A stretch of 55,078 bases of DNA, the filler included, from Dirinaria sp. TL-2023a (lineage: Eukaryota), in NCBI GenBank assembly GCA_051941275.1. It is 5 parts of 5 records of this genome, joined end to end, with 100 filler letters (N's around TTAATTAATTAA, not from the genome) between each part and the next. Parts side by side here need not be neighbours in the genome. Positions count along the whole stretch, not along the records: positions 11,050 to 21,992 come from JAVEBF010000891.1; 4 more parts are not named here. One strand, given 5' to 3'. The notes beneath the pieces were generated by a model. That model was not told where the DNA came from and ran no database searches. It saw only the letters and a list, made by a program, of their open reading frames with translations. Every line of letters begins with the position of its first letter. The first letter of the stretch is position 1. The translations under genes were made by a program, and so were the position numbers. Positions 11,340-22,092 of the stretch are shown piece by piece.

Positions 11340-13850
11340 GATCTTGAATGAAATACTCTACAGAAAAGACATTGCATACCAAAATGCATTCGACGAGGGT
11401 AAAGATCCTCGATAGAGGCTTAAGAAGCTGTTGTCCTGGTGTACGGGAATCAACATCTATGTCTATTCACTTCCAGCTCGCCCCACGTTATTCTCAACAA
11501 AGTTGCCTCAAGCAGGCCCTGTACATCCTGGCTGTTACTCTTATCCCTGTGCTCCAAGAAAAATCTCCCGAACCCTCTGAAACTCCTTTTCACCATCGAA
11601 CCCAACACGGACTGCGCCGCATGCAATGCTCCATTCTATGCACTGTCGGAAAGAGTGGGACGCGAAGCTCTGTCAAGATGAGATTATAACCATCCGGAAC
11701 GTAAGGCATTAAAAGTGAGCAAGATCCAACGTTTAAAGGCATCACATAAAACTCAATTGTCCATGATTGCGGCGCACATTCGAAGCTCTGGACGAGCCTC
11801 CGAAAGCACGTTGATCAGCAGAAATTAGGCACGCGCTGTATTGAAAAGTGACATCCTAATGATTGGTGTGTTTTCGGCGGGCTTCCATCCGAAATTGTCC
11901 GTGAACAAACTTGCGAGATTCTTACAAAGTTAATGCTCTGCCACACCATATGTCCTAAGAAGAAATTCTGAGAGACATTCTGCAAATGAACAGAAGTTGA
12001 GAAAACCTGCAACAGATAGGGCCTGAGCAGCCGGTAACTTGACCACTATGGCCCAAGCACCATGGAATAGCAGGTGCGTGCTCTGTTGAAATTGTATAGC
12101 AGTTCCCATGGACGGCATCTGAGCTCTCAAGATGTAGGAATCATCCAGATACACGCTGGTGGGACGCCTTCTTTCACTAATAGTGAAGCAGGAAGGCTCT
12201 CCCATGGGCCGAAGATAAAGATCCTTCCATTTGGCGAAAATTTGTTTCAATCGAGAGATTGATAAAGCTGTACCCAAGAGCTAGAAGTTAGCTGCCTTTC
12301 GCCAGCTGCGGATGGCGCCTTATGCTTATCCTGTCTGGAGCTATGTTGCATAGGTCAATACACTCGACAAGCACAAATCAGCCCCAAAAAGGAACCCAAG
12401 GATTCAAAGAGAGCGATCAACTACTATGATGCAAAAAGCAGGAAGCGAAGCCGACAGCTTCACCTTCTCTATAGTGATTTCTCGTCTTAGATTCACTTTT
12501 TATATCTACCGGAGCTCTCACGATGCTGGAACTATTGAGTGATATCATGAGGGGTTGCAGAGCTCCTTCGCTGGCCTTCTGGCCGCAAGATCTTCTCATA
12601 CTTCAGCATTGAGATCTCCGGCTGTGGCGCATCCATGCCCCAATAGAGAAAAGGGTAAACTTTTCAGCATCTAAAGGCTATCATCTATTTACTCCTCGCT
12701 AGCTGAGGGCGGCGCAGTGTGATCGTCCTCTCTGGAGCAATGTTATCACGAGGAAGTAACTAATGCACTTGACGGGGAAATATAAATCCTGAGAGGAAAT
12801 CTCAGGGTTTAAAACGAGAGTCGGCAAGTCTTTCGATTGAAACAGAATGGAGAGTGGACAGGTCATCTGGCGTACCTCAGCCACAAACCAAGTGAAAAGC
12901 GTTCATGCTTTGTATTCGATGATCCAAATAAAAGACTCACCTGGTTAAATACCTATCCAGGAGTCGTCCACGTGTCCACGGAGACTCCGATCTGGTGATA
13001 TTTGTCTGCTGGCTCAAGATCGTTATTGCAGAACTGCAGTGTATCTTGTCCCTGGCAGAGCCATCACCTAATGAAAAGCGAATCCCAATCGAGGTCGAGC
13101 AACATTTGCGATTGCTGAGGTTTACAAGGAGATCAAAGAGTCGCAGCAAGTGATGACGGGACGATAGGCAAATATGCCAAGGTTACTCCAATTCCGTCTT
13201 TAGTATCACTGATGACTTTTTGGAGATCCAGCCGTCCGAGCACTAATTCGAGCCATTCCTGCCTTAAGACGCTCTAGGTAATCAATTTCTAAGCGATGTC
13301 TCTTGATGAATGCTTCCCTTCCTAAGTAACCACCAGCACTACTTGTTTTCGACCACTTTGAGATCAAGTCTTCGAGATGTCTAGCCTTGATTGTGGCACA
13401 GGCAGAGTAGAAAAAGCTCACTCAAACATTGTTTCTTCACTAGAGAAGGTTGAATTGTCCTTTGACAATAGATGATGACGCACCAGTCTCCTGCTTTCTG
13501 GAGGCATACTGCCGAAATACACGTACCCGACCAAGTAGACCAGTCGTGAGAGGAGATGTTAGCAATCTGCAACAAAGCTAGGATTCATCGAGCATGATAT
13601 GGGAGAGTTGAAGGGAACGTCCAGAAGAGCCTTCTCAAATCTCCGTACTCACTAAAAAGATACCAATAGAGCATGGCATCTCGAATGAAGGGTTCGTAGG
13701 GATATACACGCGCTAAGAACAGATGGTTCTTGGGAAGAAACTCAAAATTCTGAACATCCCACAATATTAGCTTCAATTGCTATGCTCAGGCACTGATTGA
13801 ACAGCTAAGGCTCAGAAATCCTCGCTCTAAAGCCATGACGTGTGAAGGGA
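11340..13850 (+). pseudogene. Possible decayed TPR-repeat (NLR-like) gene relic
   Basis: Scattered + strand fragments resembling kinesin-light-chain-type TPRs: NHPDT (~12139), GKYKS*EEI (~12775), IAEVYKE (~13111), LGFIEHDMGELK (~13578), EHPTILASIAMLRH*LNS*G (~13752). Many stops and frameshifts; no P-loop found. Confidence 0.25.
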
Positions 13851-16004
13851 TTCAGCCAATAACAGATTTTCAAAGCTCTACTAACGAAACTCTGTTTTCA
13901 TTTTTCACCGAGCAAATTTCCACGCTGGTACGATCGATCAAGCCGAGACACATACATTCACTACTCGAACTAGAGGGGTTTAGAAATATTGACTCACTCA
14001 ATAATGACATCTGGACGATTAATGTCTTCATATTGTTCATACTTTCGAAACTTTGAGAATGGAAGAACGCATTCATTAATTAAGTAACAATCAGACCCAG
14101 CGATGTATGGCATCAAAAAGATCTTAGAAATCAAGGTGATCGAGCCACCGTTAGAAAGTTAATAAGAAAAGTTTTAAGGACTAAGTCCAACTTCACAAAA
14201 AACATCGAAGCCGATGGTCAAGTACAACGGTCTTTCAATCTCATTTCTGCGAGCCTTCAATTTGAAATTCTTCTCTTTTTACGTTCAGCTTGACGTAGGA
14301 AACTCTCGGAAATAGCTTTACAAAACATTCGACTATGGTCAGCAATGAAAGAGGGGAGCATAGATTCTTTGAGTCTTAGAAGAGTTGAGATGTTGCATCT
14401 GAAACCGCTTTGGAGTTTCTAATTCTTGCCCTACTAATATTCGTCAAAATTGAACTTCTTTGACCACCTCGAGCATATGTCCGTGCTTGGTCGACTCCAC
14501 GGACGTTAATCAGATCTATGAGAAATTTCAAGAATCGCAACTATCACAAAATCTTTATTGCAGATGGTGCCAGAAAGCAAATAAAGAGATCAAATACTCT
14601 CGTGCAACGTTTGAACGTACTAATAGAACGATAATGCGAGGAAAAATTCTCTAAAGGCATCTGGCTTGATGAAACAGACTCGAAGAGGATAGACGAATCC
14701 TTGAAAGGGAACTACGGAATCGAAAAGAGGGCCACAAAATTTTCCCATTACTATCCGATTAGAAGAAAGTAAACAAAAACCGAGGTCGAAAAGCTCATCC
14801 TCAGAACACTAACTCATTGTGTTTGCTTCGACTGTGAAGAGCATTTGAGCTCTGAGAAGGCAGGGAAAAGATTCTCGCACACGCGGGAAATCAAAAACTC
14901 TCTCTGTGGCGTGTATGAATTTAGCTGAGTAACTTTAGATGAAGAAATCTGTCAACAGTGATATCGAATGAGATTATGCGCTCAACAAACAGAAGGAGGC
15001 GGCGGATACTAGTACAAGTTGTCGAACATCATACGCAGAATTGAATGACTGTCAACGGTAATAGTTGCAATGAAAAACCTTGTGAGAATTCTGCTGCAAC
15101 AATGCAGCATGACATGAGAGTACAAGTCTCTGCGACGGTGCGAATTTCTCGAGCACGAAAGCGCCTACGCCGTACCCATGAACAGACTGTCATCCTTCAA
15201 ATTCAAGGATGGTCTCAAGGGCTCTGTTATCAAAGGCTCATTGCATAGACGCAAGAAAAGCCATCTTTCTACCAAGAAGATCTACCAAGATTGCATCGAT
15301 AATGTCGTTTACGCTCCTCTACTCATTTCAGGATCACAAACAAGCAAAGCACGACAAAATGATTTGAAGTTCTGCATTGTGTTCGAGAGTCAAGATCCGT
15401 TGAATTGAGGTCAAATTCATCGTCAAAAATTGACGCATATATCTATAGCAGTCGACAGTTCAATCAGGAATGCCCAGAGCTTGATATCCAATATTGCTCG
15501 AGTAAAGAGAAAAACACGCTTAATCAGAATGACAAAACCCCTCAAGAATATCCGAAGGAGAGGGAATCAATATGTCCATCCAATTGATGCGAAAAGACAA
15601 AAATCAGGTAGTCATGTTCAGACATCAAGAAAGCACTTCGAGATGATTAAGCTTCGTCAGGATCTCTTCTTGCCATGATGTGAATAGGTGGAGAGCCCAT
15701 AAGAGAGTCAGTATCTCAGGCAATATGATGCTAAGAGACACGAGAAATCACTAGCTTTTGTTTTTTTTTCACATTCATGCATTAAACAAAAATATTGACC
15801 AAAATTCCACTCTAAAGACTTGTCATGCAGAAAAATGCGCACTATGATAACAGCTGGACTCTTGAAAAAGGATAAGAGTCTTCAACGAAAAAACAAAAAA
15901 GTATTTGAGTACAATGTGAGCATGTGCAATCGAAAGACAACGAATTGACCTAGTTTGCATCGTCACTGCTGGAGCAGCGTTAAAGAATCCTCTATGATAT
16001 TACA

Positions 16005-17800
16005 ATCAAGAAGAAGAAGAGATATGTAGAGGCGATCTACGAATTACAGTGTAGCCAGGATCTACTCGAGTCTGATATGCGTAAGCGGGAAGAGAAATCA
16101 ACATACAAATGCTGAACCAAATATTCCACTCGAAGTCCCCGATTATTTCCCTGTTCGTGGCTGCCAGATTTAAAATCAGACTCGCCTCGATCATTTTGCA
16201 ACAGAAATTTTTCACGATCTCCATCACGCCGAATAATATCGCTCATATTCGCGCCTAATCCCTACTTCTTACCGCTAGCGCTCGTCGCTGCCGCTCTATT
16301 CCTACGACTTCTCGAGTCGTCTCCCTTCTTGATCGGAAAAGTCCATCCACGCGAAAGAATTGATCTTAATTCGTTCTATGAAAATGTCGGTCGTGCACGT
16401 ATCGAAATCGTCATTGGGTACTTTGTGAGAAATTGAAGAGAATACTCACAGCATTATTTGCATCCCGTCGAAACTTTTTCAGCCCAGGGCGTATCTTCTT
16501 CTCCGGAGCGCTATCACAGAGACAAGCTCATTATAACCGTGCTAGAGAAACTTGCAGAGAATATCGAGAATCTATAATACGGCCATAGTCTGACCTGGGC
16601 TGGTGTGAGTTAGAGGAAAGAGACAATTTATGAACCCGTTATATAAGTTTTCCTAATGAATCAACTAGGGATGGAGAATTCTCTCACAAGCTGTACGATC
16701 TTATCTCATGCAACCAAAAACGATAGGCCGATTCTACAGCAAAATATCGAGAGAGATAATAAGAAAACGAGAAGCACTAGGAATATCGTGTCAGGTGGCA
16801 AAGAGACTAGATAAATCAGCTGCTTTAAATTTACTTAGGTACTGATTGATATTCAAGCTAAAAGTCGATGGTCCTTTCACCAGTGAAGCTGCATAAGAAA
16901 TACACCCAATAATCTAAATATTCTCTCGAAGCAAGATCTGGGGATTTTCAAGGCAGTCAGAAGAGCTATCGACTGCGGCGTGACTAAGCGAGCATAAAAG
17001 GAACTCAATGATTTCACTAATTGTCCTTAAACCCTGATGGTGTGATAGCTTCAAGCAGGGAAACCTCTGCAAAGATATTTTGCATGACAGAATGAACTCA
17101 ACGAGAATATATCAAGCAAGCAAGGAGTAGATCATACGCAGGCCCCTACCTTAGTTGGGTACACAGACACTACAGAGATGCTGAACGCCCATCTCGAGAT
17201 ACCGCAGCTCTTCAAGCACCTGATTGAGCTGCGCACGCCTGTAGAATTTCGATGGATTCTTCTATTCGGGTCACCTGAAATAGGCAAGACCTTGCTGACG
17301 CAGACGCATGCGGCAAATAAGGATCTTGCCTTCTTCAAAGAATTGGCAGAGCAGCTGATACCAGAATGAGTGAAAGAGACGGAGGAGTACGAGTCTCATC
17401 TCGGAATTTGTGACTTTCTCTGATCATTTCAAGGATGCTGCAAGCATTATTCAAGATTGTCACTGTTAATGCTCCATCTGTCGTGGTTTTGATGAGATAG
17501 ACCACTTGGCGCGATGGCGGACGAAAGATGGGTCCAGTTTTGATCGTCGAAGCAAAGATCGGCTGTTGACTTTGTTTAGCGATCTCGACAAAAGCACATT
17601 AGTGATTTTGAACATTTCCAGAGCGAAAGACAAGATTCCAAGAAGCACTCAGAACTTTTTTCAAGTTTGATGTGAGCGAGTGATCGAAAATGAAAAACTT
17701 AGAATATTCTCTGCTGAATCTTGACTGAGAGAACAGCTTTCGAGCTTCTCTAGAGAGCACTGTTGCAAGGGTCAACCCAACTCGAAAGAGTAGAGAGCTC
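16005..17800 (+). pseudogene. AAA+ ATPase pseudogene (Vps4/spastin/Cdc48-like clade) with an upstream decayed coding region
   Basis: Walker A relic ILLFGSPEIGKTLL (17268-17291); LIPE*VKETEE (consensus SKWVGESEK); 47-bp intron 17387-17433; MLQALFKIVTVNAPSVV then a 1-nt frameshift into Walker B FDEIDHL (17491); SSFSRE (GFSG relic) ~17740. The upstream frame ~16005-16600 is open except for 3 TGA/TAA stops. Its link to the AAA part is inferred. Confidence 0.75.
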
Positions 17801-18715
17801 GTTCGGAGAAGGGTTCAAGAAAATCAACTGTACAGATAATACGACAGGCTGAATAATAATATCAATACAGCTTTGAAATTTATCTGCTGAGAAACTTTGG
17901 AAGAAAATAGAGATGCAGCAGCAGAACACAACTCCAGGCTGGCGATCAGCTTATTCAATTAAGAAAGCTGTCTTTGCTTACCCTATCATAGGTAGTACCC
18001 TCGGAAGTCTATGGCCAGCTCCAAGATAAAGGATTTACTCGAGGACCAGGACATTCACTGAGGATGTTGTGGGGAAAGCGGGAAGGGAGCTAATAGTCTT
18101 AACAGATATAAAACGGAAACATTCAGGCAAACACTCCTCTAATTACAAGAGACAGCCAGGCTCCCGTTGGACTATGTTGGGAAGAAGTAGAATGAGAGAT
18201 GATTGACCTTAACAAGTTAACAGGCATGCTCAAACACTGGTGGAGCAGCGGAGGACTAGGACAGCCCTTGCAGACGCTATTGCGCTGCGTTCTTGTTATC
18301 ATCAACACTGCGCAAAATTAACTGCTTGTAGGAACACTTCGTCTCGCCTCAAAAAGAATAAATTATGAAGCGGCTTGGTGGGACCTTTATATCGCAAGAC
18401 GCTGAAGATTTGGTCCTTTACCTGCGTCATTGCTACTGTGAGACGTAGAAAATCAATTCCGTAGTACGACATGGATCTCCGACCTCCGTACCTACGCTGT
18501 TCCGCAGTGTTTAAATTTCTTGGGAGGAAACAAAGCAATGGTAATTGAGAAAAGTTGATGGGATCGACTTAAAAAGCAAGATCCAAGCTCGCAAGGGTTT
18601 AAGTATGGTAGAAGACATGCCACATTTAGTGCGAACAAGAAGTTAGAAAGACCATCTTATGTATCGCTAGCAAAGAACTCCATATGCCTAATCCATAGCT
18701 GCTGTCCCAGAATCT

Positions 18716-19275
18716 CTAGAAATCTTGCTCTTCTTGAAAGAACAACGTAAAGCTTATGATCGTGCCGTATATCAGCACTCCTCCAATTATGGACATAGCC
18801 ATGGCAGGTACTGCGATATGTCCGGTATGAGCGAGCAACACAGGGAGAGCTATAGCATTCCATTCGTTAGCCCTAGCCTGTGCAAAGTACACGCATATGC
18901 TCAACGTTATTGTTCGGACTGGCTGGTGTGCGGTTATGATATTGTGAAATGCGTACCAATGCCCATCACAACCAAGAACGCGGTGCAAAACCGGCCAAAG
19001 TCCACCACCGCGCTGCCAGCGCTCTCCATAAAATCATCGGGATTCGAACATCGCCCACATATCCAGTTCGGGAGGGGAGCAAGCACGTAGGTGGCCACGA
19101 CCAGGAGAGGCAGGTATTGGTGCCACAGCGCGCAGGAGAGGATCACCAGCAGGAAGCCGATGGCGAGGATCTGTGCAATGCCGTTAGCGCTGAGATCACT
19201 TGAAGGATGATGGAGTGGAGGTTTCGCAAATCGTACAAAGGAGAGAGCGATGATTGTCTTGAGGCCTGCGGTCAT
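18716..19275 (-). CDS. VPS55: Vacuolar protein sorting 55 (OB-RGRP/VPS55 family), 128 aa
   Basis: Exons 19275-19237, 19170-18957 and 18849-18716. MTAGLKTIIALSF-ILAIGFLLVILSCAL...APLPNWIC...DFGRFCTAFLVVMGIALPVLLAH...FFQEEQDF. Confidence 0.95.
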
Positions 19276-20199
19276 TGCTGCAGCTGAGGGAGAGGCAGGC
19301 AGCGACTTTGAGAGCTATTGAGGGAGCTGCATACGACGAGGAGGGATTTGGATTATGAGAAGCAATCCAGAGATGAATGGAGCACGCAGCTCTATCTCGT
19401 CTCCGAGCTCGAGATGTTTGATCAGAGAGAGTTATGATGTTTCTTCACTTTCTTGATCGTTGCTGACATTCAGGTTTCATTTGCGGCAAAGGCTGGGGGC
19501 GGCCAGAAATCTCTTGGCATGGCGGAGCGGGCCGGAGCTTCTTTTGGCCGATCCAGCATGCTATGAACAGCGAGACAGACAATTGACACTCCAAAGTGAC
19601 AGTAGTAGTCCATAGAACTGTGATGTTCCATTTTCCAGAAGGTGTGGTCCGCAACGTCGATCAGTATTGCGCAAACAGACAGTCTTCAGTAATACTCCAC
19701 TCCAGAAAGCAGGCGGTCAGCGGAATTGCTAGGCGCCCTCTGCCCCTGCCTGCCTCATGTCCTCTACTCTCCTACGTACATCTTCGTAAGCCGAGCAGTC
19801 TCCTGATCGTTAAGATGCAAGGATGCGTACAGATCTCTCACGCATCTTAACTGACTGTAAGCTGACATGCGTCTGGCATACGCGGCTCATTTTGTTGACA
19901 AGTAACATGGATGCGCTTACTTTAAAAGCGATAGCAAAGGTCTCTGCTAGATACGCTTTGCGCACATGGATTTGTACACGCAGACGGAATTCTATGTCGT
20001 CCTCGCATCCAAGATACCGATTGCCGATAGCCTTCTGGAAGACGCGGGACGCGTTTAAGCTCCATACAGTAGTAGCAGTCCTGGCACTCTGATTTACTAA
20101 CTTTTCTCTCGAACAATTCTTTTCGTTTCATATCTGGTTGGTTCGTATGAATTTCTGCTCTACAAGGATTAACTAAGTAATCCTATAACTCAAACAAGC

Positions 20200-20880
20200 A
20201 TGCTCTTGTTTGATGGCCTCCTTATATGCTTCATAGCTTCGTCGCTGGGTACCAATTGTGCCTATGCTACATCACTCACTAGCACCAGAAATTCTCTCGA
20301 ACAAAGTGCAGGTCTCATCGCACCTGAGATATCAAATCTGATCAATGTTCGAGCCCCTTTTCCACCAGCACCATCGAGCCCAGACCCGGGTGGCTCAAAC
20401 TCGGATTCGGACAATGACCCAGGGCCCTCCAATCAACGGCAATCTCAATTGTACCCAGGACGTGGTCCACGATCTTCTAGTATCCTTTCGGCCTGGTTTC
20501 AGCTTCCCCAGGATTGGACCATCACGGCGTGGCAGACCCAAACGACATTCTGGCCTACGACCAGCGCTGCCAGAGATTTACAAGCATTTTACCAAGAGCT
20601 GTTCGAAACAGCGGCCTCTGAGTTCTGGGAAGGACGCTCTTCTCCTATCTGGAGGTTCAGTTCGGTAGGTCTGAGCTTCTGGGTCGCGTATGATTCCAGA
20701 GGGAATGCGAACGTTCCTACTGCCAATCAGCCGCATATGTCGATGGCGATCCTCTCCAGTATCGCGTTCTCGCTGATCGAGGTGACAAGAAGAGGCTTCG
20801 CCGGTACATATTACGGATATATCGTGGACCCGGATGGGAATCCGTTCTGGATTGAACTGGAACGGACTGGGTCTCCATAA
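20200..20880 (+). CDS. Hypothetical secreted protein, 226 aa
   Basis: Single-exon ORF with a hydrophobic signal-peptide-like N-terminus, Pro/Ser/Asp linker and an aromatic-rich C-terminal domain (AARDLQAFY...TRRGFAGTY). Confidence 0.75.
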   Translation: MLLFDGLLICFIASSLGTNCAYATSLTSTRNSLEQSAGLIAPEISNLINVRAPFPPAPSSPDPGGSNSDSDNDPGPSNQRQSQLYPGRGPRSSSILSAWFQLPQDWTITAWQTQTTFWPTTSAARDLQAFYQELFETAASEFWEGRSSPIWRFSSVGLSFWVAYDSRGNANVPTANQPHMSMAILSSIAFSLIEVTRRGFAGTYYGYIVDPDGNPFWIELERTGSP

Positions 20881-21278
20881 CGAAAAACGAGGAGGTCATG
20901 GGAACGAGGGCTCGCGGCTTCACAGATCGTGATCACTAGCCATCCTAGAAGAAGATAAAAAGTTATATATATATTATGTAGCTGTTAGCTAGCAGAAACT
21001 ATACAGCTCGATGGTAACTCCGAGATCACATGCGGAGGGTTTCAAACGCACACCAGTACAATGCATCAAGAATTGGATGCGAGGTGGTTGTTCGCTATTT
21101 CAGTCATTGAGTAAGATTCTCCCGAAATGCAAGCAACTATTACAGATTGCAGATGGCTATGCTGCAGAATACAGGGGTATTCACATTGGACGCCCACGCT
21201 ATGAAGCAATACAATCCAACCGTACCTTACCCAAATTAGACAAGACATTACCACCTCCAGTCCACATCCCTTTCCTCC

Positions 21279-21965
21279 CTATCGCGCGTGTCCAACACTC
21301 GAACCCACATCCCCTTCCTCCAGCGCCTCATCATCCACCCTAATCTCTGACCGCTGCGCCGGCGCCTGAAGCGCCCCTGAACTCGCCACCTCCGGCTCCG
21401 CCGTCTCCTGGTGTCTTTGCACTTGCGCAGGCATCAACCGGCCCTCCTCCTCCAATTTCCTAATAACTCTCTCCTCAATCTTCTGCGCCTCGCCCTCGAA
21501 TTTCTCCCTCAAAACCGCGCCATCCCTTCGTTCCCTTCTTCTCTGGTGCGTATACCTGCACGCACTGACAAACAGCGCGAAATGCACCAGCACCATGGCC
21601 CACGCCAACCCACTCGCGACCGCCACCACCACGCCCCGCCTATGGATCTCGTTCTGCAGCCGGGTTTGCTGCGCGCAGGAATCGAACCCCGGGCAGGGAG
21701 GCGCCGGGTGCGTGGGCGTGATGAGGTAGCTCGTCCCGTTCGGGTAGGTGTAGTATGTGTTATCGTAGTAGGAGGCGGTGCTGGAGTAGTAGGAAGAGGA
21801 GGAAGAGAGCTCGGAGACGGCGCCACCGGTGGAGAAGAGCGCTGTAGTGATGAAGGCCAGCCAGAGGAAGAGATCGCAGCCGACATTTGCGCCCGGGTGG
21901 ATCCACCGCGAGCGGGCGAGGAGGACGCTTAGGTTCGTCAGGTTCCACAGGAAGGAGAGCGAGAA
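21279..21965 (-). CDS. Fungal integral membrane protein (MARVEL-like), last exon only, 5'-truncated by contig end
   Basis: CTGAC branch and CAG acceptor precede 21965. Frame reads FSLSFLWNLTNLSVLLARSRWIHPGANVGCDLFLWLAF...VHFALFVSACRYTHQRRR; the HPGAxVxxDLxLW and HFxLFVxAC motifs are typical of these fungal TM proteins. Confidence 0.75.
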   Translation of the reverse strand, partial: FSLSFLWNLTNLSVLLARSRWIHPGANVGCDLFLWLAFITTALFSTGGAVSELSSSSSYYSSTASYYDNTYYTYPNGTSYLITPTHPAPPCPGFDSCAQQTRLQNEIHRRGVVVAVASGLAWAMVLVHFALFVSACRYTHQRRRERRDGAVLREKFEGEAQKIEERVIRKLEEEGRLMPAQVQRHQETAEPEVASSGALQAPAQRSEIRVDDEALEEGDVGSSVGHAR

Positions 21966-21992
21966 CTGTCATTTTCCCCCCTCACTTGTCAG

Positions 21993-22092
21993 NNNNNNNN
22001 NNNNNNNNNNNNNNNNNNNNNNNNNNNNNNNNNNNNTTAATTAATTAANNNNNNNNNNNNNNNNNNNNNNNNNNNNNNNNNNNNNNNNNNNN
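21993..22092. other. Artificial contig spacer N44-TTAATTAATTAA-N44
   Basis: Identical 100-bp spacer. Confidence 0.98.

Noticed and set aside
13381..13776. Minus-strand frame with kinase-like fragment (YLFSEYGDLRRLFW)
   Set aside because: No HRD/DFG or other kinase motifs follow, and the + strand TPR-like reading fits at least as well.
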